A DNA stretch of 8,109 bases from Naegleria gruberi (lineage: Eukaryota): assembly GCA_000004985.1 (NCBI GenBank), contig GG739089.1; one strand, 5' to 3'. This document shows, in pieces, positions 1-7,526 of the stretch; the first letter of the stretch is position 1, and every line of letters begins with the position of its first letter. The notes beneath the pieces are model-generated. The model made no database searches. It was given only the letters and a program-made list of their open reading frames with translations, and was not told where the DNA came from. The position numbers were made by a program, and so were the translations under genes.

Positions 1-1
1 A

Positions 2-199
2 ACAACTTCTTGCACTGCAGCATCAAAAGCTGCTGTCATTTGGCTGGTGATGACTTGTGCCTTCACGCCAACTGTCAAACACACAATAAACAATAACAGG
101 ATAACAATTTGTTTCATTTTCTCTCCAGTAGAAGTAATAGGTGGATGTTTTGTTAATTTTTTCTTGTTGATTTGGTACGAAATGCAAAATGCTTTTTAA
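2..199 (+). CDS. 5'-partial ORF entering from the left window edge: 65 codons plus TAA, in the frame starting at nt 2. Translation is TTSCTAASKAAVIWLVMTCAFTPTVKHTINNNRITICFIFSPVEVIGGCFVNFFLLIWYEMQNAF*. It looks like the hydrophobic C-terminal tail (two TM-like segments) of a membrane protein, possibly a terminal exon.
   Basis: I translated it by hand and found an open frame from 2 to 196 with TAA at 197-199. The two other plus frames hit stops at 48-50 and about 91-93. Local GC (about 47%) is higher than the intergenic sequence downstream, which is exon-like. There are two hydrophobic stretches, AAVIWLVMTCAF and ITICFIFSPVEVIGGCFVNFFLLIWY. The track omits it because it has no in-window start codon. 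A minus-strand ORF at 23..208 overlaps it and is the competing explanation. Confidence 0.25.
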   Translation, partial: TTSCTAASKAAVIWLVMTCAFTPTVKHTINNNRITICFIFSPVEVIGGCFVNFFLLIWYEMQNAF

Positions 200-1004
200 C
201 ACGCACACTTACGCATTCATCCAAATTTAGAAGGCGATTCTTTGTTGAGTGAATGCTAAATATTTTCAATAATATCTAAATTCGATAAGAATACACTAAT
301 GAGAAAAGTGAATTGTGTCTCTTCTCCAAAATGCACTTTTTATCTCTTTTATTGCTATGCCAAATGTCAATTAGATAGCAAACACATCTATAAAGAATTG
401 GCAAGATTTTGATGGCAAGACGAATCGGAAGAGAGAAAGCTCTACAAATTCCATTGTTGTGGAAAGATGGATGGTTGATTTCCGTGAAGTATGTCAGATG
501 CCAATTTCAAAGTTGTTTCGGGGGGAAGTATGGAAAAGGGTATGAGAAATGTGTCCTGTTAGCATTTTCTGTTAATTTAAATATTTGGAAAGTAAATTGT
601 TGTGAACGAAGGATTCGTAAATGGCATGCTTTGTATTACATACTGTCAAATGTTTCTAATATTTCTTGAAACTTCTGTAAACTAAATCATATATGAAGAA
701 ATGCCAGGATGCTTACTCCTGTTGTGTTTTCTAACTGGCTAAATGTCGTGATCGTGGCTATTATCCAATCTTGTTATCCAAATGAAAGCTAACACGAATT
801 GGATAAATGAAAAATGGGTTATGCAATGCTAATAAACATTTTTAGTATCCACTTCTGCTAAAAGAAACTGCAATAGATCTTATGGCACGTTGTTGCAAAC
901 TTATGAGAATGCAGTACTGATTCTCACCAATAAATTTCCCCTTAAAATTGTCCAGGAACATTAATCATCCGATGCTTTGGTCTGGACTACTCAGTGATCC
1001 CTCA

Positions 1005-1042
1005 CTGAGGTTCACCTTAATAACTGAGGTTCACCTTAATAA
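1005..1042. repeat. Perfect 2-copy direct tandem repeat of a 19-bp unit, ctgaggttcaccttaataa (1005-1023 and 1024-1042). A 7-bp stem hairpin, tcagtga-tccc-tcactga, lies at 991-1008 and overlaps the repeat start.
   Basis: Read directly from the sequence: ...tcagtgatccctcaCTGAGGTTCACCTTAATAACTGAGGTTCACCTTAATAAcaatagag. The right arm of the inverted repeat overlaps the first repeat copy. Confidence 0.9.
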
Positions 1043-1242
1043 CAATAGAGTACTTAGTTGTAAACACAGTGTAATACTTGTTCAACAAGTGAAAATTTCC
1101 TATTGAATTTGGCCGATATTTATCAATATAATAATACTTGCCACTGAACCTACTGTTAGAGTTGTTGGAAGTGGTGATCCTGTAGTATGTGCTTTAATTA
1201 AACAATTCTTGAATGTCACTAATGGAAACACAATCAATGGTA

Positions 1243-1248
1243 TTTATT
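1243..1248 (-). terminator. Candidate polyadenylation signal AATAAA on the minus strand (tttatt on plus), 26-31 nt downstream of the minus-strand TGA stop at 1274-1276. An alternative ATTAAA sits on the minus strand at 1194-1199.
   Basis: Read directly from the sequence. Its position relative to the stop codon is what one expects for a eukaryotic 3' end. No cleavage-site evidence is available. Confidence 0.3.
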
Positions 1249-1273
1249 GGACTTCAAGTCCATCAAATCCAGG

Positions 1274-2134
1274 TCAATAATAACCACTTCCATAGACCTT
1301 CTCCACAATGATGAGATTTTCCTTTTCATTTAAGGTTACACGCATCTCATAGAAACTATATAGTGCACCAGCATTGAAAAAGATTGGAAACATTTGCTTA
1401 TCATAATCTTCCCACGAGGATGAAGTTGATGATTGGCTTGTGTAATGTCCATCCAAGTTTGAAAAATAGCAAAATGGACTAATTTGCTGAGATAAATATT
1501 GTTCCAATTTGTCAGTTGATGATTCCTCCTCTTCTTCTTCTGAATCATCGTCTGATGTTATAATATAAGGTGATACTCCATAAACAATCTTACTGTACTT
1601 GACATTACAATTCAATCTCTTTTTGAAGAATAACAAATCCAAACATGAAAACCATTCATCTCCTTCACTAATCAAAATAATAAAACAAAATAATGAGAAT
1701 GGTATTAAAATCTTGGCCTCTTTCACAATATCTGAATTATCATCCCAGAAACATTGATGTAATATAACTTGATCTGTCACAGGATTAGGTCTGTATTCAT
1801 CCGAAATTAAACTTGTCATAATCACAACCAATTTCATCAAGTTTTCTCTCCTCCGTATCTCAAAAAACTCGCCAACCAATGTATTCTTCAAGAGAGGAAA
1901 AGAAAATGTAAATACTTGTTCCAAACTCAGAGAATCTCCTTGAACAATTGTAACATCTTCATTCCTCTCCTCCACTGATATAAATTTAGGAATGATCGAA
2001 AAGAGGTACTCTAAATAATCATAATGATCAGATAAACCTTCATCGGAATTTTGTAATTCAATTTCGATTTCAGGAAACATTGGATTCACAAAATCTTCCC
2101 ATCTAAAATGAGTATTCAACAGGGCAGTCCACAA
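1274..2134 (-). CDS. C-terminal coding region of a minus-strand gene; product is a hypothetical protein. The open frame covers 286 codons and ends at TGA 1274-1276. The first in-frame ATG is at 2078-2080 (MFPEIEIELQNSDEGLSDHYDYLEY…), giving 268 aa if it is free-standing. Most likely it is the 3' exon or C-terminal domain of the large gene that enters the gap. It contains the acidic/Ser cluster SDDDSEEEEEESS.
   Basis: An 861-nt stop-free frame in roughly 65-70% AT DNA is very unlikely to occur by chance. I verified the stop by hand: …VEKVYGSGYY* = revcomp of 1274-1303. The track's start at 2132-2134 is TTG, not ATG. The codon immediately upstream (2135-2137) is an in-frame TGA. The composition is globular-looking, with mixed hydrophobic and charged residues. 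Confidence 0.6.
   Translation of the reverse strand: MWTALLNTHFRWEDFVNPMFPEIEIELQNSDEGLSDHYDYLEYLFSIIPKFISVEERNEDVTIVQGDSLSLEQVFTFSFPLLKNTLVGEFFEIRRRENLMKLVVIMTSLISDEYRPNPVTDQVILHQCFWDDNSDIVKEAKILIPFSLFCFIILISEGDEWFSCLDLLFFKKRLNCNVKYSKIVYGVSPYIITSDDDSEEEEEESSTDKLEQYLSQQISPFCYFSNLDGHYTSQSSTSSSWEDYDKQMFPIFFNAGALYSFYEMRVTLNEKENLIIVEKVYGSGYY
1524..1543 (-). repeat. Coding (GAA/GAG)n trinucleotide run (tcctcctcttcttcttctga on plus) encoding the EEEEEE part of SDDDSEEEEEESS in the minus-strand C-terminal domain.
   Basis: Read directly from the sequence, in frame with the 1274..2134 ORF. Confidence 0.8.
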
Positions 2135-2168
2135 TCATAAATTTCCAAAGGCAGCCTCTCTCCAATAC
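2103..2168 (-). other. Candidate 66-nt GT..AG intron on the minus strand (gtattggagag…ctcattttag). Removing it would eliminate the in-frame TGA (2135-2137) and the TAG (2103-2105) and join the gap-side frame to the 286-codon ORF in phase.
   Basis: The minus-strand read from the gap edge is ttttgca|GTATTGGAGAGAGGCTGCCTTTGGAAATTTATGATTGTGGACTGCCCTGTTGAATACTCATTTTAG|atgggaagattttgtgaatccaatg. The length is a multiple of 3. The acceptor (pyrimidine-rich + AG) is good and the donor (GTATTG) is only fair. The octamer ttttgcag at 2168-2175 could itself be an acceptor instead. Confidence 0.2.
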
Positions 2169-2175
2169 TGCAAAA

Positions 2176-5100
2176 NNNNNNNNNNNNNNNNNNNNNNNNN
2201 NNNNNNNNNNNNNNNNNNNNNNNNNNNNNNNNNNNNNNNNNNNNNNNNNNNNNNNNNNNNNNNNNNNNNNNNNNNNNNNNNNNNNNNNNNNNNNNNNNNN
2301 NNNNNNNNNNNNNNNNNNNNNNNNNNNNNNNNNNNNNNNNNNNNNNNNNNNNNNNNNNNNNNNNNNNNNNNNNNNNNNNNNNNNNNNNNNNNNNNNNNNN
2401 NNNNNNNNNNNNNNNNNNNNNNNNNNNNNNNNNNNNNNNNNNNNNNNNNNNNNNNNNNNNNNNNNNNNNNNNNNNNNNNNNNNNNNNNNNNNNNNNNNNN
2501 NNNNNNNNNNNNNNNNNNNNNNNNNNNNNNNNNNNNNNNNNNNNNNNNNNNNNNNNNNNNNNNNNNNNNNNNNNNNNNNNNNNNNNNNNNNNNNNNNNNN
2601 NNNNNNNNNNNNNNNNNNNNNNNNNNNNNNNNNNNNNNNNNNNNNNNNNNNNNNNNNNNNNNNNNNNNNNNNNNNNNNNNNNNNNNNNNNNNNNNNNNNN
2701 NNNNNNNNNNNNNNNNNNNNNNNNNNNNNNNNNNNNNNNNNNNNNNNNNNNNNNNNNNNNNNNNNNNNNNNNNNNNNNNNNNNNNNNNNNNNNNNNNNNN
2801 NNNNNNNNNNNNNNNNNNNNNNNNNNNNNNNNNNNNNNNNNNNNNNNNNNNNNNNNNNNNNNNNNNNNNNNNNNNNNNNNNNNNNNNNNNNNNNNNNNNN
2901 NNNNNNNNNNNNNNNNNNNNNNNNNNNNNNNNNNNNNNNNNNNNNNNNNNNNNNNNNNNNNNNNNNNNNNNNNNNNNNNNNNNNNNNNNNNNNNNNNNNN
3001 NNNNNNNNNNNNNNNNNNNNNNNNNNNNNNNNNNNNNNNNNNNNNNNNNNNNNNNNNNNNNNNNNNNNNNNNNNNNNNNNNNNNNNNNNNNNNNNNNNNN
3101 NNNNNNNNNNNNNNNNNNNNNNNNNNNNNNNNNNNNNNNNNNNNNNNNNNNNNNNNNNNNNNNNNNNNNNNNNNNNNNNNNNNNNNNNNNNNNNNNNNNN
3201 NNNNNNNNNNNNNNNNNNNNNNNNNNNNNNNNNNNNNNNNNNNNNNNNNNNNNNNNNNNNNNNNNNNNNNNNNNNNNNNNNNNNNNNNNNNNNNNNNNNN
3301 NNNNNNNNNNNNNNNNNNNNNNNNNNNNNNNNNNNNNNNNNNNNNNNNNNNNNNNNNNNNNNNNNNNNNNNNNNNNNNNNNNNNNNNNNNNNNNNNNNNN
3401 NNNNNNNNNNNNNNNNNNNNNNNNNNNNNNNNNNNNNNNNNNNNNNNNNNNNNNNNNNNNNNNNNNNNNNNNNNNNNNNNNNNNNNNNNNNNNNNNNNNN
3501 NNNNNNNNNNNNNNNNNNNNNNNNNNNNNNNNNNNNNNNNNNNNNNNNNNNNNNNNNNNNNNNNNNNNNNNNNNNNNNNNNNNNNNNNNNNNNNNNNNNN
3601 NNNNNNNNNNNNNNNNNNNNNNNNNNNNNNNNNNNNNNNNNNNNNNNNNNNNNNNNNNNNNNNNNNNNNNNNNNNNNNNNNNNNNNNNNNNNNNNNNNNN
3701 NNNNNNNNNNNNNNNNNNNNNNNNNNNNNNNNNNNNNNNNNNNNNNNNNNNNNNNNNNNNNNNNNNNNNNNNNNNNNNNNNNNNNNNNNNNNNNNNNNNN
3801 NNNNNNNNNNNNNNNNNNNNNNNNNNNNNNNNNNNNNNNNNNNNNNNNNNNNNNNNNNNNNNNNNNNNNNNNNNNNNNNNNNNNNNNNNNNNNNNNNNNN
3901 NNNNNNNNNNNNNNNNNNNNNNNNNNNNNNNNNNNNNNNNNNNNNNNNNNNNNNNNNNNNNNNNNNNNNNNNNNNNNNNNNNNNNNNNNNNNNNNNNNNN
4001 NNNNNNNNNNNNNNNNNNNNNNNNNNNNNNNNNNNNNNNNNNNNNNNNNNNNNNNNNNNNNNNNNNNNNNNNNNNNNNNNNNNNNNNNNNNNNNNNNNNN
4101 NNNNNNNNNNNNNNNNNNNNNNNNNNNNNNNNNNNNNNNNNNNNNNNNNNNNNNNNNNNNNNNNNNNNNNNNNNNNNNNNNNNNNNNNNNNNNNNNNNNN
4201 NNNNNNNNNNNNNNNNNNNNNNNNNNNNNNNNNNNNNNNNNNNNNNNNNNNNNNNNNNNNNNNNNNNNNNNNNNNNNNNNNNNNNNNNNNNNNNNNNNNN
4301 NNNNNNNNNNNNNNNNNNNNNNNNNNNNNNNNNNNNNNNNNNNNNNNNNNNNNNNNNNNNNNNNNNNNNNNNNNNNNNNNNNNNNNNNNNNNNNNNNNNN
4401 NNNNNNNNNNNNNNNNNNNNNNNNNNNNNNNNNNNNNNNNNNNNNNNNNNNNNNNNNNNNNNNNNNNNNNNNNNNNNNNNNNNNNNNNNNNNNNNNNNNN
4501 NNNNNNNNNNNNNNNNNNNNNNNNNNNNNNNNNNNNNNNNNNNNNNNNNNNNNNNNNNNNNNNNNNNNNNNNNNNNNNNNNNNNNNNNNNNNNNNNNNNN
4601 NNNNNNNNNNNNNNNNNNNNNNNNNNNNNNNNNNNNNNNNNNNNNNNNNNNNNNNNNNNNNNNNNNNNNNNNNNNNNNNNNNNNNNNNNNNNNNNNNNNN
4701 NNNNNNNNNNNNNNNNNNNNNNNNNNNNNNNNNNNNNNNNNNNNNNNNNNNNNNNNNNNNNNNNNNNNNNNNNNNNNNNNNNNNNNNNNNNNNNNNNNNN
4801 NNNNNNNNNNNNNNNNNNNNNNNNNNNNNNNNNNNNNNNNNNNNNNNNNNNNNNNNNNNNNNNNNNNNNNNNNNNNNNNNNNNNNNNNNNNNNNNNNNNN
4901 NNNNNNNNNNNNNNNNNNNNNNNNNNNNNNNNNNNNNNNNNNNNNNNNNNNNNNNNNNNNNNNNNNNNNNNNNNNNNNNNNNNNNNNNNNNNNNNNNNNN
5001 NNNNNNNNNNNNNNNNNNNNNNNNNNNNNNNNNNNNNNNNNNNNNNNNNNNNNNNNNNNNNNNNNNNNNNNNNNNNNNNNNNNNNNNNNNNNNNNNNNNN

Positions 5101-6786
5101 NNNNNNNNNNNNNNNNNNNNNNNNNNNNNNNNNNNNNNNNNNNNNNNNNNNNNNNNNNNNNNNNNNNNNNNNNNNNNNNNNNNNNNNNNNNNNNNNNNNN
5201 NNNNNNNNNNNNNNNNNNNNNNNNNNNNNNNNNNNNNNNNNNNNNNNNNNNNNNNNNNNNNNNNNNNNNNNNNNNNNNNNNNNNNNNNNNNNNNNNNNNN
5301 NNNNNNNNNNNNNNNNNNNNNNNNNNNNNNNNNNNNNNNNNNNNNNNNNNNNNNNNNNNNNNNNNNNNNNNNNNNNNNNNNNNNNNNNNNNNNNNNNNNN
5401 NNNNNNNNNNNNNNNNNNNNNNNNNNNNNNNNNNNNNNNNNNNNNNNNNNNNNNNNNNNNNNNNNNNNNNNNNNNNNNNNNNNNNNNNNNNNNNNNNNNN
5501 NNNNNNNNNNNNNNNNNNNNNNNNNNNNNNNNNNNNNNNNNNNNNNNNNNNNNNNNNNNNNNNNNNNNNNNNNNNNNNNNNNNNNNNNNNNNNNNNNNNN
5601 NNNNNNNNNNNNNNNNNNNNNNNNNNNNNNNNNNNNNNNNNNNNNNNNNNNNNNNNNNNNNNNNNNNNNNNNNNNNNNNNNNNNNNNNNNNNNNNNNNNN
5701 NNNNNNNNNNNNNNNNNNNNNNNNNNNNNNNNNNNNNNNNNNNNNNNNNNNNNNNNNNNNNNNNNNNNNNNNNNNNNNNNNNNNNNNNNNNNNNNNNNNN
5801 NNNNNNNNNNNNNNNNNNNNNNNNNNNNNNNNNNNNNNNNNNNNNNNNNNNNNNNNNNNNNNNNNNNNNNNNNNNNNNNNNNNNNNNNNNNNNNNNNNNN
5901 NNNNNNNNNNNNNNNNNNNNNNNNNNNNNNNNNNNNNNNNNNNNNNNNNNNNNNNNNNNNNNNNNNNNNNNNNNNNNNNNNNNNNNNNNNNNNNNNNNNN
6001 NNNNNNNNNNNNNNNNNNNNNNNNNNNNNNNNNNNNNNNNNNNNNNNNNNNNNNNNNNNNNNNNNNNNNNNNNNNNNNNNNNNNNNNNNNNNNNNNNNNN
6101 NNNNNNNNNNNNNNNNNNNNNNNNNNNNNNNNNNNNNNNNNNNNNNNNNNNNNNNNNNNNNNNNNNNNNNNNNNNNNNNNNNNNNNNNNNNNNNNNNNNN
6201 NNNNNNNNNNNNNNNNNNNNNNNNNNNNNNNNNNNNNNNNNNNNNNNNNNNNNNNNNNNNNNNNNNNNNNNNNNNNNNNNNNNNNNNNNNNNNNNNNNNN
6301 NNNNNNNNNNNNNNNNNNNNNNNNNNNNNNNNNNNNNNNNNNNNNNNNNNNNNNNNNNNNNNNNNNNNNNNNNNNNNNNNNNNNNNNNNNNNNNNNNNNN
6401 NNNNNNNNNNNNNNNNNNNNNNNNNNNNNNNNNNNNNNNNNNNNNNNNNNNNNNNNNNNNNNNNNNNNNNNNNNNNNNNNNNNNNNNNNNNNNNNNNNNN
6501 NNNNNNNNNNNNNNNNNNNNNNNNNNNNNNNNNNNNNNNNNNNNNNNNNNNNNNNNNNNNNNNNNNNNNNNNNNNNNNNNNNNNNNNNNNNNNNNNNNNN
6601 NNNNNNNNNNNNNNNNNNNNNNNNNNNNNNNNNNNNNNNNNNNNNNNNNNNNNNNNNNNNNNNNNNNNNNNNNNNNNNNNNNNNNNNNNNNNNNNNNNNN
6701 NNNNNNNNNNNNNNNNNNNNNNNNNNNNNNNNNNNNNNNNNNNNNNNNNNNNNNNNNNNNNNNNNNNNNNNNNNNNNNNNNNNNNN
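2176..6786. other. Run of 4,611 N: a scaffold gap or masked block with unknown content. The track ORFs 2103..6797 and most of 2135..7504 are X-translation artefacts.
   Basis: Counted directly: N from 2176 to 6786, and 4611 = 3 x 1537. The non-round size suggests an estimated gap or a masked real segment. Confidence 0.99.
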
Positions 6787-6787
6787 T

Positions 6788-7504
6788 GTTTGAACAAATT
6801 GAATTCATGAAATTAGCTCTAAGTAATCTTAATTTGTCACAAAATTGTCTAAAATTTGAAATAATGTCTTCCATCTCCTGAGACGATTCTCCTGATTCAA
6901 TACTTGTCGAAAAAGCATTAAAAGTCTCTCTAAAGTATTGTACCATAATTTCTGAGATATTCCCTTTGATTAAATACTCTCTTTGGTCGATATTCAACTT
7001 GTAAAATAGAGCTGATTGCACAAATACTATAAATTGTTCTCTCAGTCTCTCTTTAATTTCCAAACAGTTTTCTAATGTCGAAAATACAATTAAATATCGT
7101 TCTGTTATATTACAAATCATATGTACAGCCTGTACCAATGAATTAATATCCGAAATACTATTAAATATTGATACATGATTCTTAATAAAATGTTGTCTCA
7201 TATTTTGAATATATGGTTCAACAATTTGAGTTTTATCCATCACATTCCTCTCTGCCAACAATTTAATTTGCTGAAAACAAATTCCATTCGGATTTTCCAA
7301 CAATTCTGCACAATGAGCTGCATTAATTGCAATAGTTTTTAATAATTCCTGATGACCGGAACCCGAACCAGAACCTCCAACACTATATATTTCTTGTTGT
7401 TCTTTTTGTATGGATAATGATGATGAGGAACAAGCCTTGTTTGATAAATTCCCAACAGCATTCCAACTTTGCACTTGTTGTGCAAGAATTAAATTGTTCA
7501 TCAT
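6788..7504 (-). CDS. N-terminal 239 codons of a large minus-strand gene (hypothetical protein) that continues into the N gap. ATG-ATG is at 7499-7504. Translation is MMNNLILAQQVQSWNAVGNLSNKACSSSSLSIQKEQQEIYSVGGSGSGSGHQELLKTIAINAAHCAELLENPNGICFQQIKLL…RLLRANFMNSICSN. It is helical-looking, with a (GS)4 linker.
   Basis: I verified the codons at both ends by hand (revcomp of gttcatcat at 7496-7504 = ATGATGAAC; the last full codon at 6788-6790 is gtt, giving N). An in-frame TAA lies 6 nt upstream of the ATG, so this is the first ATG of the frame. The context is A-rich Kozak-like, aaaattaaaaaATGATG. It is 717 nt stop-free in AT-rich DNA. Confidence 0.6.
7356..7378 (-). repeat. Imperfect hexanucleotide tandem repeat (NGAACC)3, ccggaacccgaaccagaacctcc on plus, encoding the GSGSGSG linker of the N-terminal fragment.
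   Basis: Read directly from the sequence; it corresponds to SVGGSGSGSGHQ in the minus-strand translation. Confidence 0.7.
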
Positions 7505-7526
7505 TTTTTAATTTTGGAGGGAAATT
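7505..7526. promoter_or_regulatory. 22-bp spacer (tttttaattttggagggaaatt) between divergent start codons. The shared bidirectional 5' region/promoter must overlap it, or the true 5' ends lie elsewhere.
   Basis: The minus ATG is at 7502-7504 and the plus ATG at 7527-7529. In-frame stops sit immediately upstream of each (TAA at 7508-7510 for the minus gene, TAA at 7509-7511 for the plus gene), so neither ORF can extend 5' without an intron. Confidence 0.35.

Noticed and set aside
23-208. Minus-strand 61-aa ORF at the left edge
   Set aside because: I did not fully reject it. I ranked it below the overlapping plus-strand 5'-partial ORF (2..199), which has a more protein-like (transmembrane-tail) translation. 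Only one of the two can be real, and this one is reported as the alternative in the findings.
409-669. Plus-strand 86-aa ORF (MMARRIGREKALQIPLLWKDGW…) with a TATA-like tataaag 20 nt upstream
   Set aside because: The translation is Cys/Arg/Lys/Trp-rich and does not look like a folded protein. Its start is TTG/ATG with the TATA far too close to serve as a core promoter. It sits in an otherwise ORF-free, probable 3'-UTR/intergenic stretch, so it is most likely a chance ORF.
1001-1042. tRNA or other structured ncRNA around the ggttcacc motif
   Set aside because: I could not identify a D-arm, an anticodon stem or an acceptor-stem pairing. The T-loop resemblance is a single short motif inside a tandem duplication.
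1336-1548. Minus-strand 70-aa ORF nested out-of-frame inside the 1274..2134 coding region
   Set aside because: It is an overlapping alternate frame of a much longer, clearly coding ORF, and its translation (MIQKKKRRNHQLTNWNN…) is low-quality. I judge it spurious.
2135-2137. Confident call of stop-codon readthrough or selenocysteine at the in-frame TGA
   Set aside because: No SECIS-like structure is evident downstream of 1274, and there is no independent evidence. Proximity to an assembly gap and a frame-neutral GT..AG intron candidate give simpler explanations. I kept it only as one hypothesis within a finding.
2103-6797. Track ORF of 1564 aa (minus), almost entirely 'X'
   Set aside because: It is an artefact of translating the N run. 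Its 'start' is TTG at 6795-6797, and the only real residues are 3 at one end and 23 at the other (…FAVLERGCLWKFMIVDCPVEYSF*). This is an off-frame read of the same 70-nt stretch that I discuss as a possible intron.
2135-7504. Track ORF of 1789 aa (minus) taken at face value as one contiguous CDS
   Set aside because: Only residues 1-239 (6788..7504) and the last 12 (2138..2173) derive from real bases. Continuity across 4,611 N cannot be asserted. I kept the N-terminal fragment as a feature and treated the rest as a hypothesis.
7505-7526. Giant-virus (NCLDV) origin, suggested by AT-richness, tight divergent starts and 'aaaattaa' just upstream of the minus ATG resembling the mimivirus early-promoter octamer AAAATTGA
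   Set aside because: There is one mismatch to the motif. The window also contains a roughly 1.07-kb ORF-free region and a multi-kb scaffold gap, both atypical of densely coding viral genomes. Candidate introns and polyA signals fit a cellular eukaryote better.
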